In this document: positions 1 through 13,499 of the stretch, one piece after another
How the letters are laid out: each line of letters starts with the position of its first letter
Numbering within the stretch: the first letter of the stretch is position 1
From: Octopus vulgaris
Taxonomy: Eukaryota
DNA length: 64,000 nucleotides
Direction of reading: 5' to 3'
NCBI GenBank assembly: GCA_951406725.2
Contig: OX597829.1
Location: forward strand, 48,050,001-48,114,000
Notes under the pieces: generated by a model
The model's database searches: none
The model's input: the letters and a program-made list of their open reading frames with translations, nothing else
Told to the model about the DNA's origin: nothing
Translations under genes and position numbers: made by a program

Positions 1-261
1 AGTGCAGACAGCCAAGCCTTTGTTGTGATACAGGTGGCAGTTGGCCCGATTTTGTTGCTGTTATTGTTGCTTCTGCTGCTGCCACTGCCACTGCTGCTGC
101 TACTACTACTACTACTACTGTTTGTTTGTTGCTGTTTATAGAGCAAGGCTGGTGGTGACAGTGACAGTTGCTGTAGTAGTGGTGGTGGTGGGGGTGATAG
201 TAGTGGTGATGGTGGTAGTGGTGATGGTCTTAATAGTGAATGTTATTGAGTTATTAAACAC

Positions 262-320
<59 letters not shown>

Positions 321-559
321 ATATGCAGAGGAGTGTGTCCATGTGTATGTGTGTGTGTCCTTGTATGCGTTTCCGTGTGTTTCTTCATTTGCTAAAGTGT
401 AACCAGTTACATAAGAAGTGTCAATCAATAAAAGGACCCAGAGTAAACAGCTCCGAAATAAAACACACACACACACACACACACACGTAACTATGAAGTT
501 ACATGCCAATGATGGACACACTTAGGTACTCACTCAATTTGCTAGAAATAGAGCCAAAG

Positions 560-1035
560 GCAAGCTGGCAAAAATGTTAGCACGCCGGACGAAATCCTTA
601 GCAGAATTTCGTCTGCGTTACGTTCTGAGTTCAAATTCCGCCGAGGTCGACTTTGCCTTTCATCCTTTCGGGGTCGATAAATTAAGTACCTATTTCTTTA
701 TTACCCACAAGGGGCTAAACACAGAGGGGGACAAACAAGGACAGACATAGGTATTAAGTCGATTACATCGACCCCAGTGCGTAACTGGTACTTAATTTAT
801 CGACCCCGAAAGGATGAAAGGCAAAGTCGACCTTAGCGGAATTTGAACTCACAACGTAACAACAGACGAAATACCGCTAAGCATTTCGCCCGGCTCGCTA
901 ACGTGTCTGCCAGCTCGCCACCTTAAATTAAGTACCAGTCACTCACTGGGATCGATGTAATCGACTTAATCCCTTTGTCTGTCCTGGTTTGTCCCCTATG
1001 TGTGTAGCCCCTTTGTGGGCAATAAAGAAATAAGG
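560..1035 (+). mobile_element. tRNA-derived SINE family A, with a second family-A copy (691-923, minus) nested inside
   Basis: Box B gagttcaaattcc and central gcctttcatcctttcggggtcgataaattaagtacc (resembles the conserved MetaSINE-type domain). Outer TSD aatagagccaaag (547-559/1036-1048); inner TSD taaattaagtacc (678-690/924-936). Confidence 0.88.
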
Positions 1036-1403
1036 AATAGAGCCAAAGTTAGAATCATGTCACCATTCTACTAACATCCTAAGATGTGCTGCTTATAACA
1101 TCGTTATGGCTAACAATACCGGAGTGTGTATATGTTTGCATATACACACTCGGGTATTGTTAGCCATAATGATGCTAACATATATGTTTGCATATGCATG
1201 TGTAAGAGAGAGAGAGAGAATGTATGTATTTGCTCAGGAGAGAGAATGTGTGTGTGTGTGTGTGAGAAAGGTGGAGAAAATGTATGTGTGTGTGTGTGTG
1301 TGTGATTTTGTTTAGCTGGAAGGGTGTATATTTATGACTGTGCCTGTATTGTATCATGTGTAGATGGACACCTTAGATAATGTGAGCCTAGATTACACTC
1401 ATC

Positions 1404-1434
<31 letters not shown>

Positions 1435-1852
1435 TATATATACACACACATATATATATATACATATACATATTACACACATATATATATATATATATAT
1501 ATACATATTATACATATTATATACACACATTATATATATACATATTATATATTATATACAAATACATACTCTTTTACTCTTATTCTTTTACTTGTTTCAG
1601 TCATTTGACTGTGGCCATGCTGGAGCACCGCCTTTAGTTGAGCAAGTCGACCCTAGGACTTATTCTTTGTAAGCCAAGTACTTATTCTATTGATCTCTTT
1701 TGCCGAACCGTTAAGTTACGGGGATGTAAACACACCAGCATCAGTTGTCAAGCGATGTTGGGGGGGATAAACACACACACACACACATATATATAACGGG
1801 AAGCTTTATGAAAATAGACAAAAGACGAAGGCAGGTGGAATACAAACAAACA

Positions 1853-1891
<39 letters not shown>

Positions 1892-2082
1892 GACGGACTT
1901 CTTTCAGTTTCCGTCTACTAAATCCACTCAAGGCTTTGGTTGGCCCGAGGTTATAGTAGAAGGCACTTGTCCAAGGTGCCACGCAGTGCGACTGCAACCG
2001 GAACCATGTGGTTGGGAAGCAGGCTACTTACCGCACAGCCACTCCTATGCCTATAGCTACTTACCATACAGCCACTCCTGCA

Positions 2083-2124
<42 letters not shown>

Positions 2125-2664
2125 CACACACACACACACAGGTTGGTGCGAAAGTAGATATACAGTTTTGGAATAAAAAATGTACATCACTTAGCTGTTC
2201 GGCAAAAGAGACCGATAGAATAAGTACTGGGCTTACAAAGAATAAGTCCCGGGGTTGATTTGCTCAACTAAAGGCGGTGCTCGAGCATGGCCGCAGTCAA
2301 ATGACTGAAAAGAGTAAAAGAGTATATATATATATATAAAATCTGTGTGTGTGTGTGTGTGTGTGTATGAAGGCACATGGCTTAGTGGTTAGGTTGTTGC
2401 ACTCATGATTGTGAAATCATGAGTTCGATTCCCAGACTGGGCATTACATTGTTGTTATTGAGCAAAGCACTTCATTTCACATTGCTCTACAATCATTTAG
2501 TCATCTGACATGTGGCACCCAATGCACCTGTACAGGTAATGCTGATTTGATGGAGAAAGTGAGCTTTTGTCTACACAAACATTCGATTGCTATAAACAAA
2601 TCATCTTCTGAGATTATTCGATAAGAAATTTTGAACCCTCATACATCAGCTAATGACAAGAGTA

Positions 2665-3218
2665 TTCATTACTATATACATACGTTATTTACATTTGACA
2701 GATATTTGTCCCCAACGGTTCGGCTGATATACCCTCCAGCCTTCATCAGGTGTCTTGGGGAAATTTCAAACCTGGTTCTCATTCCTAAGGTATTTTTCGA
2801 TATTATTATTATTATTATTATTATTGGCGTTAGGAAGGGCATCCAGCCGTAGAAACACTGCCAGATCTGACTGGGCCTGATGAAGCCTTCCAGCTTCACA
2901 GACCCCAGTTGAACCGTCCAACCCATGCTAGCATGGAGAACAGACGCTAAATGATGATGAGGATGATGATCATCATCATCATCATCATTATTATTCAGGT
3001 CATTGCCTGGAATCGAACTCGGAATCTTGGAGTTAGTAGCCTGCGCTCTTAACCACTACACCATATGCCCGTGGGTTCCAGTTGATCTGATCAGTGGACT
3101 AGCATAGTGGTTAAGAGCATGGACTCCAAGATTCCAAGTTCGATTCCAGGCAGTGACCTGAATTATAATGATGATGATAATAACAATATCAAATAATACC
3201 TTAGGAATGAGAACCCAT
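2665..3218. mobile_element. Inverted pair of tRNA-headed, hammerhead-bearing SINE (family H), with an RTE tail inserted in the (AAT)n tract
   Basis: Minus copy has its head at about 2993-3074 and a hammerhead remnant at 2711-2753. The plus copy spans 3104-3218. Confidence 0.75.
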
Positions 3219-4928
3219 TTTTCATCTTCAATCTCTCTGTTTACGTCTGGCATCTTGGATACGAAATGTCGTAAAATAAATGCTGGTTATAATTTCTATT
3301 GAATATCTGTAGAAATGACCTTAACACAGGATTCAAATGCACTGCTAACAAAGTAGAACATGGTAATAAAAATTATCAACATACTTTGTAGAATATTATA
3401 GTCACCTAACGAAATACGCTATCCCAACAAGTTATTCATAATAAAGACGTATCCCATCCGTCTTTGCTGCCCGCTATTTTCCAAAAGGTTGTGGGGACAG
3501 AGTCCTCAGATGTTTCCTCCATAGAGTCTTATCACAAATAACTATCATTACAGTTTACTACTGGATTCCCAAACATTAGCAGGTGAGATTCTCTGTCTAT
3601 CTCTAGGTCTTCTGTTGTTTGGCTCAGCTTAAAGAATCCATCTTGCAATTCTTTCCTGCGACATTCTAATCCCATGTTCGTAGTACCAGAGTTGTGACCT
3701 CTCAATACAGAGAAGTGGTGGCTGGAGAGACACCCTGAACTCCAAGTTATATATACCCTGTCATGGAACTTTACTTCGGAAATCCTTCAGAGGAACCCCC
3801 ATTTCGTACTCTTTCATTCATTAACCATCATTCATGCCTATAGGTATGGAGAAGCTCAAAAACTGAATTGAGCATAGCCTACCATCAGTTATGATCACAA
3901 ATGCCTAATAATAAAGACACATAAACAAAATAAATAGTAATAAGAGGATATAAAACAACAAAGTAAGAACAAGAGAGAATCCTGAAAATGCAGCGGGCAA
4001 CCACATTTTGAACTCCACTTCCAAACTTTTGTCTTAATTACTAAAGTAATCTCAGCTGTACAAAGATTTTATATATATGTGTATTTAGTATGGGGAATGC
4101 TCCCCACTGAGGTATTCTCTCTCAGCCATATTGTTGATATTCATAATCGAAATCACTACAGACCAACAGTTCTGTCTGTGTGTGTGTCTGTGCCTGAATA
4201 GATAGATAACTACATAGATCAAGAGGTAGATACATTCTAAAGATATATATATATATTTTATTTATGCACCCTTTTCAAGCCTAACCAGGCTCGTGAGCCC
4301 AGTTTCCCCGGTTTCTGTGGCGTATATGTTCCTCCCCAGCTGGACGGGACGCCAGCGTTACTCAAGAAACAGAAAGAAAGAGTGAGAGAAAGTTGGGGTG
4401 AAAGAGTACAACAGGGGTCGCCACCATCTCCTACCAGAGCCTCGTGGAGCTTTAGGTGTTTTCGCTCAATAAACACACAACGCCCGGTCTGGGAATCAAA
4501 ACTGCAATCCTCCGACCACGAGTCCGCTGCCCTAACCACTGGGTCATTGCACCTCCACATACACACACAATATATATATATATATATATGTATACACACA
4601 CACACAGGTGAGCACATGAGTGCAAAACAAGGTGGAAAAAGTAGTACTCGAATACCAAAGGTAGAGTAATATACTTTTTTATTAAAGCTGCAAAATAATC
4701 TATTATTATTATTATTATTATTATATTATTATTATGATTAAGCATAGCAATACTAATAACCTGATGTTAGAACTCAATATAGACATACTTCAAAACAAAA
4801 TGTCAGTTGAGTACACAGCAGTAAAAGGAAATTAAAAAGGAATAAGAAATTATGTCAGGAACATCGTTAGCTTACATTAGCTAATGAAGTTCATGACATA
4901 ATTTCTTATTCCTTTATCATTTTAATTT

Positions 4929-4961
<33 letters not shown>

Positions 4962-4962
<1 letters not shown>

Positions 4963-5366
4963 TGTCACTAAAGTGACAAAGGGTGCTAGTCGGAACCAGT
5001 ATTGCTAGAAATAACAGTCAAAACAACTGAACAGCCAACAAAAGAATTACCTTAATGACTGACAAGGGAATTAGTTACCCATATTATTTATAATTTTCAC
5101 CTTTACCATTTATGAAATCAGTGTGTGATTTCAATGGAAATTTTATAAACTGACAAGGTGAGCTGAGTTTAACCCCAGGCATGGTGAGGGCCACTGATGA
5201 GCATTAAAATGTGAAATCATCAGTGATCTGGCTATGTCTACTGCTGTAGGGAGCTTGCTTCCCTTATCAGTCATTAAGATAGTGATTCTGTACTTATTGA
5301 GTTGTTTTGACTCTTATTTCTAGCAATACTGTTGCTGATTGGTGCCCTTTGTCATTTTAGTGACGT
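4962..5366. repeat. Inverted repeat (about 110-bp diverged arms) enclosing a hammerhead
   Basis: gtcactaaagtgacaaaggg...cttaatgactgacaagggaa versus ttcccttatcagtcattaag...ccctttgtcattttagtgac. Confidence 0.85.
5189..5233 (+). ncRNA. Type I hammerhead ribozyme motif, intact core
   Basis: ggcca CTGATGA gcat-taaa-atgt GAAA tca-tcag-tga TC tggct. All three stems pair; predicted AUC cleavage after 5228. Confidence 0.75.
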
Positions 5367-5654
5367 ATATATTTCTGCCTTTAGGTTGTAAAATTGCAAA
5401 TAAGCCACCCATATTATTTATTTATATATATATATATAAGCAAAGTAGCTGATGCAGAATGTTGCACCCAAAACTAGCTGGCGGAGAATCTGCCAGGGGT
5501 TAAACTAGTAATATTCACCTGCCAATTTGATATGGCAATTCGCTTACTGTTTATTTATATATATAGTTAATCCAAACAAGAAAGCACAAAAAAAAACACA
5601 ACGCGAGGACGTGGAACATATATAGTATCATTGGACGCTCAGGAAAGAAGGAAG

Positions 5655-5689
5655 GTTTAACGTTTCGAGCGGAGCTCTTCGTCAGAAAC
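5655..5689 (-). ncRNA. Minimal type I hammerhead motif in a Penelope-like repeat (about 5570-5765)
   Basis: gttt CTGACGA a gagc-tcc-gctc GAAA c GTT aaac, with palindromic stem III AACGTT. Confidence 0.7.
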
Positions 5690-6859
5690 ATAGAAGGAAA
5701 GATCCAGAGAAGGGAAGACAGAGGAAAGAAAAATCGCCAACGGTACACACGAGGTCACATTTTGAAAGACACCAAACAAACATGATTTTTATTGAACTCC
5801 TAATACTTTTTGTTGAATATTTTCTTAAATACTTTCTTGTAAACTGTTTTTAACATTTTCTTATTATCAAAGAATGTATATCCGTATTTTAATACTTTTG
5901 TGACAACCTGTACTTAACACAACGAAGCTTATACAAAGCTTTACAATTTACTTTTGACAATCTTTTTCTAAAAAAGTGAAACCGGTCAAGTGAATAAACG
6001 TCTTTAAAATTGCATTTTCGAATCTTCTTTCATATATATTTCCACTCATGCAGTATTTTACAACCTTACTTTGTTAAATATATATATATATATATATATA
6101 CACACACCACTCAGTCTTGCCAATCCCACAAAATTTCCTTGGTAGAGAAGGACTAGTAAAGCCAAAACACATTACTTGTGTTCAATTAATTTTGAAGACT
6201 AGATACACACTACACTATACAAATTGCTAACATAAATTTCAATCAACTGATTTTAAAAGCAAGTCACTTTTAGGTTTTAACCGTACAGTTTCCCCACCAA
6301 CAACCCCTAAGAGATTATTTCTCTACTCATTGCATGAATAAACTCAGTTAATCAATGGATGCATTCAACTAACTATGAAACACATGCAAGATCCTGCTGT
6401 AAGATAAATATTTAAAAAAATTTTGCCAAAATGAATAAATAAAATATAAATACAAAAGAAAATTTAAAGTAAAAAAAAAAAAAAAAAAAAAAGCATGACA
6501 GTAAATAGATCAGCTATAAAAACCATTCAGAGAAAAGTAAATTTTATGAAGCTAACTTATTATATAAACTGCAACATAATTAAGGTTTTATGTGCATTTA
6601 CTGACACACCCCAGGTCATATGCAAGACTTACTGGTACAGTTTGTTTACCTACTTAAATACACCTTCGTGTAAACATTCAGATATATTAAAACATATAGG
6701 CATACACGCACACCTTGTCTTTGACACAATAACGCCGCTGAATCAAAGTAAGAAGCGGTACAACATAGAATGGACTAGGTGGTTCTATTACACACGAGAG
6801 GACTTTTTGCTATTGCCAGTGGCAAGATAAAATGTAGCACATGGGCAACACCAAATTTT

Positions 6860-7285
6860 GAGATTCAAGGCAGGCAAACCACAAATCCCTTCAGGTTGAT
6901 GGCCCTGCTCCATCTGTAGAAAAGGTGTAGGTAGAAACTCTATAAGATGTACCCAGTGTAAGCTATGGACACATAAGAGATGCAGCAATATCAAAGAAAG
7001 GCTTACTGGCACTTGTGCTGGTGTGCAGGCGGCACATAAAAAAAAACACCATTTGGGCATGGCCGTTGCCAGTACCGCTTGACTGGCCCTCGTGCTGGTG
7101 GCACATAAAAGCACCCACTGCACCCTCGGAGTGGTTCGCATTAGGAAGGGCATCCAGCTGTAGAAACTCTGCCAGATCAGACTGGAGCCTGGTGCAGCCT
7201 TCTGGTTCGCCAGTCTTCAGTCAGATCATCCAACCCATGCTAGCATGGAAAGTGGACGTTAAACGAAGGCGATGATGATGATGAC
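6860..7285 (+). mobile_element. Internally deleted RTE piece: PHD-coding segment joined directly to the 3' UTR and tail
   Basis: WPCSICRKGVGRNSIRCTQCKLWTHKRC-coding DNA followed immediately by the UTR consensus. Confidence 0.75.
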
Positions 7286-7486
7286 CTCGTGCTAGCATGG
7301 TTCATGGATATTAAGTAATTATGGTGATACACACACATATTCAAAGAAGAGTATTCCAGTTGTAGAATCAGCTGACCTGCCTATTCCATGTACTTTACCA
7401 TAAGTGGCTTGAAAGTACACACATGAGCTGACATATGGGTAGACAAAAGAATGTCAATGCAATGAAGATTCCTCAACTTGTGGCGC

Positions 7487-7517
<31 letters not shown>

Positions 7518-8963
7518 CGTATCTTTTATCATTTCCTTGTTTCAGTTATGAGACTGCGGCCATGCTGGAGCATCACCTTGGAGAAACTTTAGTCGAATGA
7601 ATCAACTTCAGTACTTTTTTTTATTTTAAGCCTGCTGCTTATTCTATCAGTCTATTTTGCTGAATCGCAAGGTTACAGGAACGTAAACACACCAACACCA
7701 GTTGTGAAGTATATTTGCCACCTAAATGTGGAAGTCCCATAGAGGACAGTGATACTGCAGTTTATAGCCCCAGGAAAACATCTCCTCCAGCTGGCTAATG
7801 ATACACTGTCTGTGTCTGATTAGCATTTGCGAAGAGAAATCATTGTTCCCATCACTAGCCTTATGTGATACACACAGCTAGGAATTGAACACCAGTTGTC
7901 AAGCAGTGATGGAGAATAAATACAGACACAAACACATCATAACAAATCAGTGTTGTCTATAATTTCTATAGCAAATCTGAAGAGATAACCTTAACAAGTG
8001 ATGTAATAGCACTGCTAACACAGTAGAACACAGTATAGACTTTCTCTTGTTTCGGTCATTTGACTGGCCATGCTGGAGCACCGCCTTTTAGTCGAGCAAA
8101 TTGACCCCAGGACTTATTCTTTGTAAGCCTAGTACTTATTCTATCAGTCTCTTTTGCTGAACCACTAAGTTACGGGGATGTAAACACACCAGCATCAGTT
8201 GTCAAGCGATGTTGGGGAGGGGACAAACACAGGCACGCAAACACAAAAACACACACATACATATAAACATATATATACATATATACAATGGGCTTCTTTC
8301 AGTTTCCCTCTCCCAAATCCACTCACAAGGCTTTGGTGGGCCCAAGGTACCACGCAGTGGGAATGAACCAGGAACCATGTGATTTGTAAGCAAGCTACTT
8401 ACCACACAGCCACTCCTAATAATTTATAGTATTTTATGGTTGCATAATGAAATACACGGTGGCACGTAAAAAGCACCCACTACACTCTCGGAGTGGTTAG
8501 CGTTAGGAAGGACATCCAGCTGTAGAAACATTGCCAGATCAGACTGGAGCCTGGTGCAGCCTCCTGGCTTCCCAGACCCAGGTCGAACTGTCCAACCTGT
8601 GTTAGCACGGAAAACAGACGTTAAATGATGATGATGATGATGATATATATATATGTACCAGGGTGTGCTGTAAAGTTTCTGGCTTTGGGTAAAAGAAATT
8701 ACAGAGGAGGATCAGTTAATTATGATTTTATTTAACATATTCCTTTCTCAGATTCACACGCTTATTGCGTGGTCCTTCAGTTTTTCTAAGCCCTGCAAAA
8801 GAACTAGGATGGTTGGGCTTCCAACCAGGCCTTTCACAAAACTCATAAAAAAAGGAATTTTTCAGTACTCCCTCATATATAGAGTATACATAGGATGTGC
8901 ATACAACACATAAATATATATATAGTGTGTATATGTACATATATAGTATGTGTATGTGTGTGT

Positions 8964-9000
<37 letters not shown>

Positions 9001-9171
9001 TGGCCAAAAAATGTCGATATTGATGAATGTTCTGGGAGTCCTGGTTTTAGGACTAATGTTGCTGTAATTTAGCCCCAAGAGACATCGTCTCCAGCTGGCT
9101 ATACAGCACAATCTGTGTCTTTACATTTTCAAACAAGGGAATCTAGCACCCCAAATCAGCTCAAAACAATA

Positions 9172-9216
9172 TCTGTGAATCGCAATTTCTGGGTTATTTC
9201 CCTTCATCAGCACAGA
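9172..9216 (-). ncRNA. Minimal type I hammerhead motif
   Basis: tctgtg CTGATGA a ggg-aaataa-ccc a GAAA ttgcga TT cacaga; 6-bp stem I. Confidence 0.65.
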
Positions 9217-9330
9217 ATAATTGTTCGGCTAGAGGTGGAGCTGCCAAATTCCTGTTCGAAATGTATAGTTTTCAAAGTTATGTACTCCAGTATGGCAGCA
9301 GTCAAATGACTGAAACAAGTAAAAGAATAA

Positions 9331-9377
<47 letters not shown>

Positions 9378-9640
9378 CACCTTTTGAGTGTTGGGTCACA
9401 TGGAGGCAGTGACTGAGACCTTTGGCAAATTGCAGTCATGGCAGATACCAGTGTCACACAAATGGCACCCATGCTGGTGGCACATATAAGCACTCATTAC
9501 AGTCTCAGAATGGTTGGCATTAGGAAGGGGATCCAGCCATAGAAACTATACCAAATTAGACTGGAGTCTTCCAGCTTGCCAGCCCTGGTCAAACTGTCCA
9601 ACCCATGCCAGCATGGACGAAGGTCACTAAGTGATTATGA

Positions 9641-9688
<48 letters not shown>

Positions 9689-10224
9689 CATTTAACGTCT
9701 GTTTTCCATGCTGGCATGGGTTGGACAGTTTGACAAGAGCTGGCTAGAGACAAAAAACTGCACCAGGCTCCATTTGTCTGTTTTAGCAGGGTTTTAATGG
9801 CAGAATGCCCTTCCTAACACCAACCACCTTACACACACACACACATCTATGTATTTAAGGATATATTCAAGCGTGATCATTACCAGCGTCGCTTTACTGG
9901 CACTTGTGCTGGTGGCATGTGAAAAACATTCAGCTGGACTGGCTCCTGTGCATGTGGCACGTAAAAAACACCATTTGAGCGTGGCTGTTGGCAGTACCGC
10001 CTGACTGGCCCTCGTTCCAGTGGCACGTAAAAGCACCCACTACACTTCCAGAGTGGTTGGCATTAGGAAGGGCATCCAGCTGTATAAACTGCCAAATTAG
10101 AATGGAGCTCGGTGCAGCAATCTGGTTCGCCGGACCTCAGTCAAATCGTCCAACCCATGCTAGCATGGAAAGCAGACGTTAAACTATGATGATGATGATA
10201 AGTATATATATATATATATATATA

Positions 10225-12215
10225 TCATCATCATCATCATCATCATCGTTTAACGTCCGCTTTCCATGCTAGCATGGGTTGGACGGTTCAACTGGGGTCT
10301 GGGAAGCCCGAAGGCTGCACCAGGCCAGTCAGATGTGGCAGTGTTTCTACAGCTGGATGCCCTTCCTAATGCCAACCACTCCAGAGAGTGTAGTGGCCAC
10401 GCTGGATGGTGTTATGTGCCACCGACACAGGTGCCAGACGAGGCTGGCAGACGGCCACGCTCGGATGGTGTTTTCTTATGTGTCACCGACACAGGTGCCA
10501 GACGAGGCTGGCGGACGGCCACGCTCGGATGGTGTTTGTTACGTGCCCTCAGCACGGAGGCCAGTCATTGCGGTACTGGCTACGGTCACGTTCGGATGGT
10601 TTTCTTATGTGCCACCGGCACTGGTACCACAAGGATACAAATTCCATTGATGTTCATCTATTTTGATTTGGTTCGATTTGATTCGATACGATTCGATTCT
10701 CACTTGCCTCAACAGGTCTTCACAAGTGTCACAAGAAGGAAGGTATGCACAGGTGGACTGACTACGTCCCAGGTAGGGGCCACGGATTATGGCTTCACTA
10801 GTCTTGCCGGGTCTTCTCACGCACAGCATACTTCCATAGGTCTCGGTCTCTAGTCATTTCCATGGTGAGACCTAACGTCCGAAGGTCGTGCTTCACCACC
10901 TCGTCCCAGGTTTTCCTGGGTCTACCTCTTCCACGGGTTCCCTCAACTGCTAGGGATTGGCACTTTCTCACACACCTATCTTCATCCATTCTCGCCACAT
11001 GTCCATACCAGCGCAATCGTCTCTCTTGCACACAACAACTGATGCTTCTTAGGTACAACATTTCTCTCAAGGTACTAACGCTCTGTCGAGTAAGTACACT
11101 GACATTACACATCCATCGGAGCATACTGGCTTCGTTCCTCACGAGCTTACGCATGTCCTCAGCAGTCACGGCCCATGTTTCACTGCCATGTAGCATAGCT
11201 GTTCGTACACATGCATCATACAGTCTGCCTTTTACTCTGAGCGAGAGGCCTTTAGTCACCAGCAGAGGTAAGAGCTCCCTAAACTTTGCCCAGGCTATTC
11301 TTATTCTAGCAGTTACACTTTCAGCGCACCCACCCCCACTACTGACTTGGTCACCTAGATAGCGGAAGCTATCAACTACTTCTAGTTTTTCCCCCCGGAA
11401 AGTGACAGAAGTTGTTTTCTGCAGATTTTCGGAGGTCAATGCTCCAGAGCACCTGCCACATACAAAAACTATCTTCCCAGTTAGCCTACCTTTGACATTG
11501 CTGCACCTCTTATGTGTCCATAGCTTACACTGGGTACATCTTATAGAGTTTCTACCTACACCTTTTCTACAGATCGAGCAGGGCCATCTTCCTGAGGATA
11601 TTTGTGGGTTTTCTACCTTTCTACTTATTAGTACTTTGGTTTTAGCTAGGTTGACTCTAAGGCCCCTCGATTCTAAACCCTCCTTCCACACCTGGAACTT
11701 CTCCTCCAGTTCTGATAGTGACTCAGCGATTAGAGCGAGGTCGTCAGCATAGAGGAGCTCCCAGGGGCAACCTGTCTTGAATTCCTCCGTTATTGCCTGG
11801 AGGACTATGATAAATAGGAGGGAGCTGAGTACTGAACCCTGGTGGACCCCAACCTCTACTTTGAATTCTTCTGTGTACATGTTGCCAACTCTAACCTTAC
11901 TTACGGCATCTCTGTACATGGCTTGCACAGCCCTCACCAGCCATTCATCTATCCCTAGTTTCCTCATTGACCACCAGATGAGGGATCGGGGACCCTATCA
12001 AAGGCTTTCTCCATGTCAACGAAAGCCAGGTACAGGGGCTTATCCTTGGCTAGGTATTTCTCCTGCAGCTGCCTTACCAGGAATATAGCATCAGTGGTGC
12101 TTTTCCCTGGGACAAACCCAAACTGCATCTCATCTAAACTAACTCTCTCTCTAATTAGTTGGGCTATGACCCTCTCCGTAACCTTCATTACCTGATCCAA
12201 CAGCTTGATACCTCT
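10225..12215 (-). mobile_element. 5'-truncated RTE-clade LINE: RT, PHD-like finger, C-terminus, 3' UTR and (GAT)n tail; frameshifted near 11990
   Basis: ORFs 11964-12230 and 10798-11967 contain FVDMEKAFDRVP, GVHQGSVLS, LLYADD, FRYLG, LRWYGHV and RGRPRKTW. One missing C breaks DRVP-RSLIWWSM. Confidence 0.93.
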
Positions 12216-12779
12216 GATATATATATACACACTAACCCATACTCACACATACATGTCTCTGGATATATATCTATACATCATCATCATCGTTTAAACGTCC
12301 GCTTTCCCCGCTAGCACGGGTTGGACAGTTCGACCGGGGTCTGGGAAGCCAGGGGCTGCTCCAGGCTCCAGTCTGATCTGGCAGAGTTTCTACAGCTGAA
12401 TGACCTTCCTAATGCCAACCACTCCGCGAGTGTAGTTACCTACATACATATGTGTATATAAATATCCACAGATACACATGTATGTGCATATATATATATT
12501 TACACACACACACATTCAGGGATATGTACGAGGAAAACATACAACCTAAGTAACAAATACTGCGTAAGCAGGTGTCATACAAAAATGAGTAACAGTGTTG
12601 TTTTCTGTTTGTTGTAAACAACTGCTGGGGACCTCAGTGCTTCTTACAAACAGGTGAATGGCAATTTTAAAAGGGCATACAAACAAATAATGATAACAAC
12701 AATTATTACAAAAAGTAGTAGTAGTAGTAGTAGTGAAAAACACCAAGTGTGAATAATATGTGAATAAAAAAAGGAAATC

Positions 12780-12810
<31 letters not shown>

Positions 12811-12893
12811 TATATACACACACATACACAATCACACAAGAGCTATCTGATTCAGCAAAAAAAAAAACAGGCCAAACACTAAAAGATAATATG

Positions 12894-12929
<36 letters not shown>

Positions 12930-12976
12930 CTTATATATAACTATACACACACACACACACACACACAGATATGTAC

Positions 12977-13019
<43 letters not shown>

Positions 13020-13256
13020 ATAGATAGACACATATATACATGAATATATAAATATATATACACATGCATACATATATATATATATATAAATATATATACA
13101 TATATATAAATATATATAGATAAACACACATATACACACACATGCATCTATATATACATATATATATATACATATGTGTATGTGTGCATATATATAATAT
13201 TTATATATGCATACATATATAAATATATATATATATATATATAAACACATATATAC

Positions 13257-13330
<74 letters not shown>

Positions 13331-13400
13331 ATATATATATTTATATATACATACATATATAAAAATATATAAACACACATATACACACACATATACACCT
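12780..13400. repeat. Compound (TA)n/(CA)n/(TG)n microsatellite field; many smaller ones throughout the window
   Basis: Direct reading. Confidence 0.95.
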
Positions 13401-13499
13401 GTATATATAAGGAGAGTTTACGAAAAAAACAAAAGACGAAGACAGGTGGTGTACAAAACAAACAGATGTATTAGTATAACACTCAGGAATAGAAGAAGT

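Noticed and set aside
1-245. Minus-strand open frame rich in Pro/Gln/Ser/Asn running off the window edge
   Set aside because: Built from trinucleotide microsatellites, with no recognisable domain, start or clear acceptor. Cannot be supported as coding.
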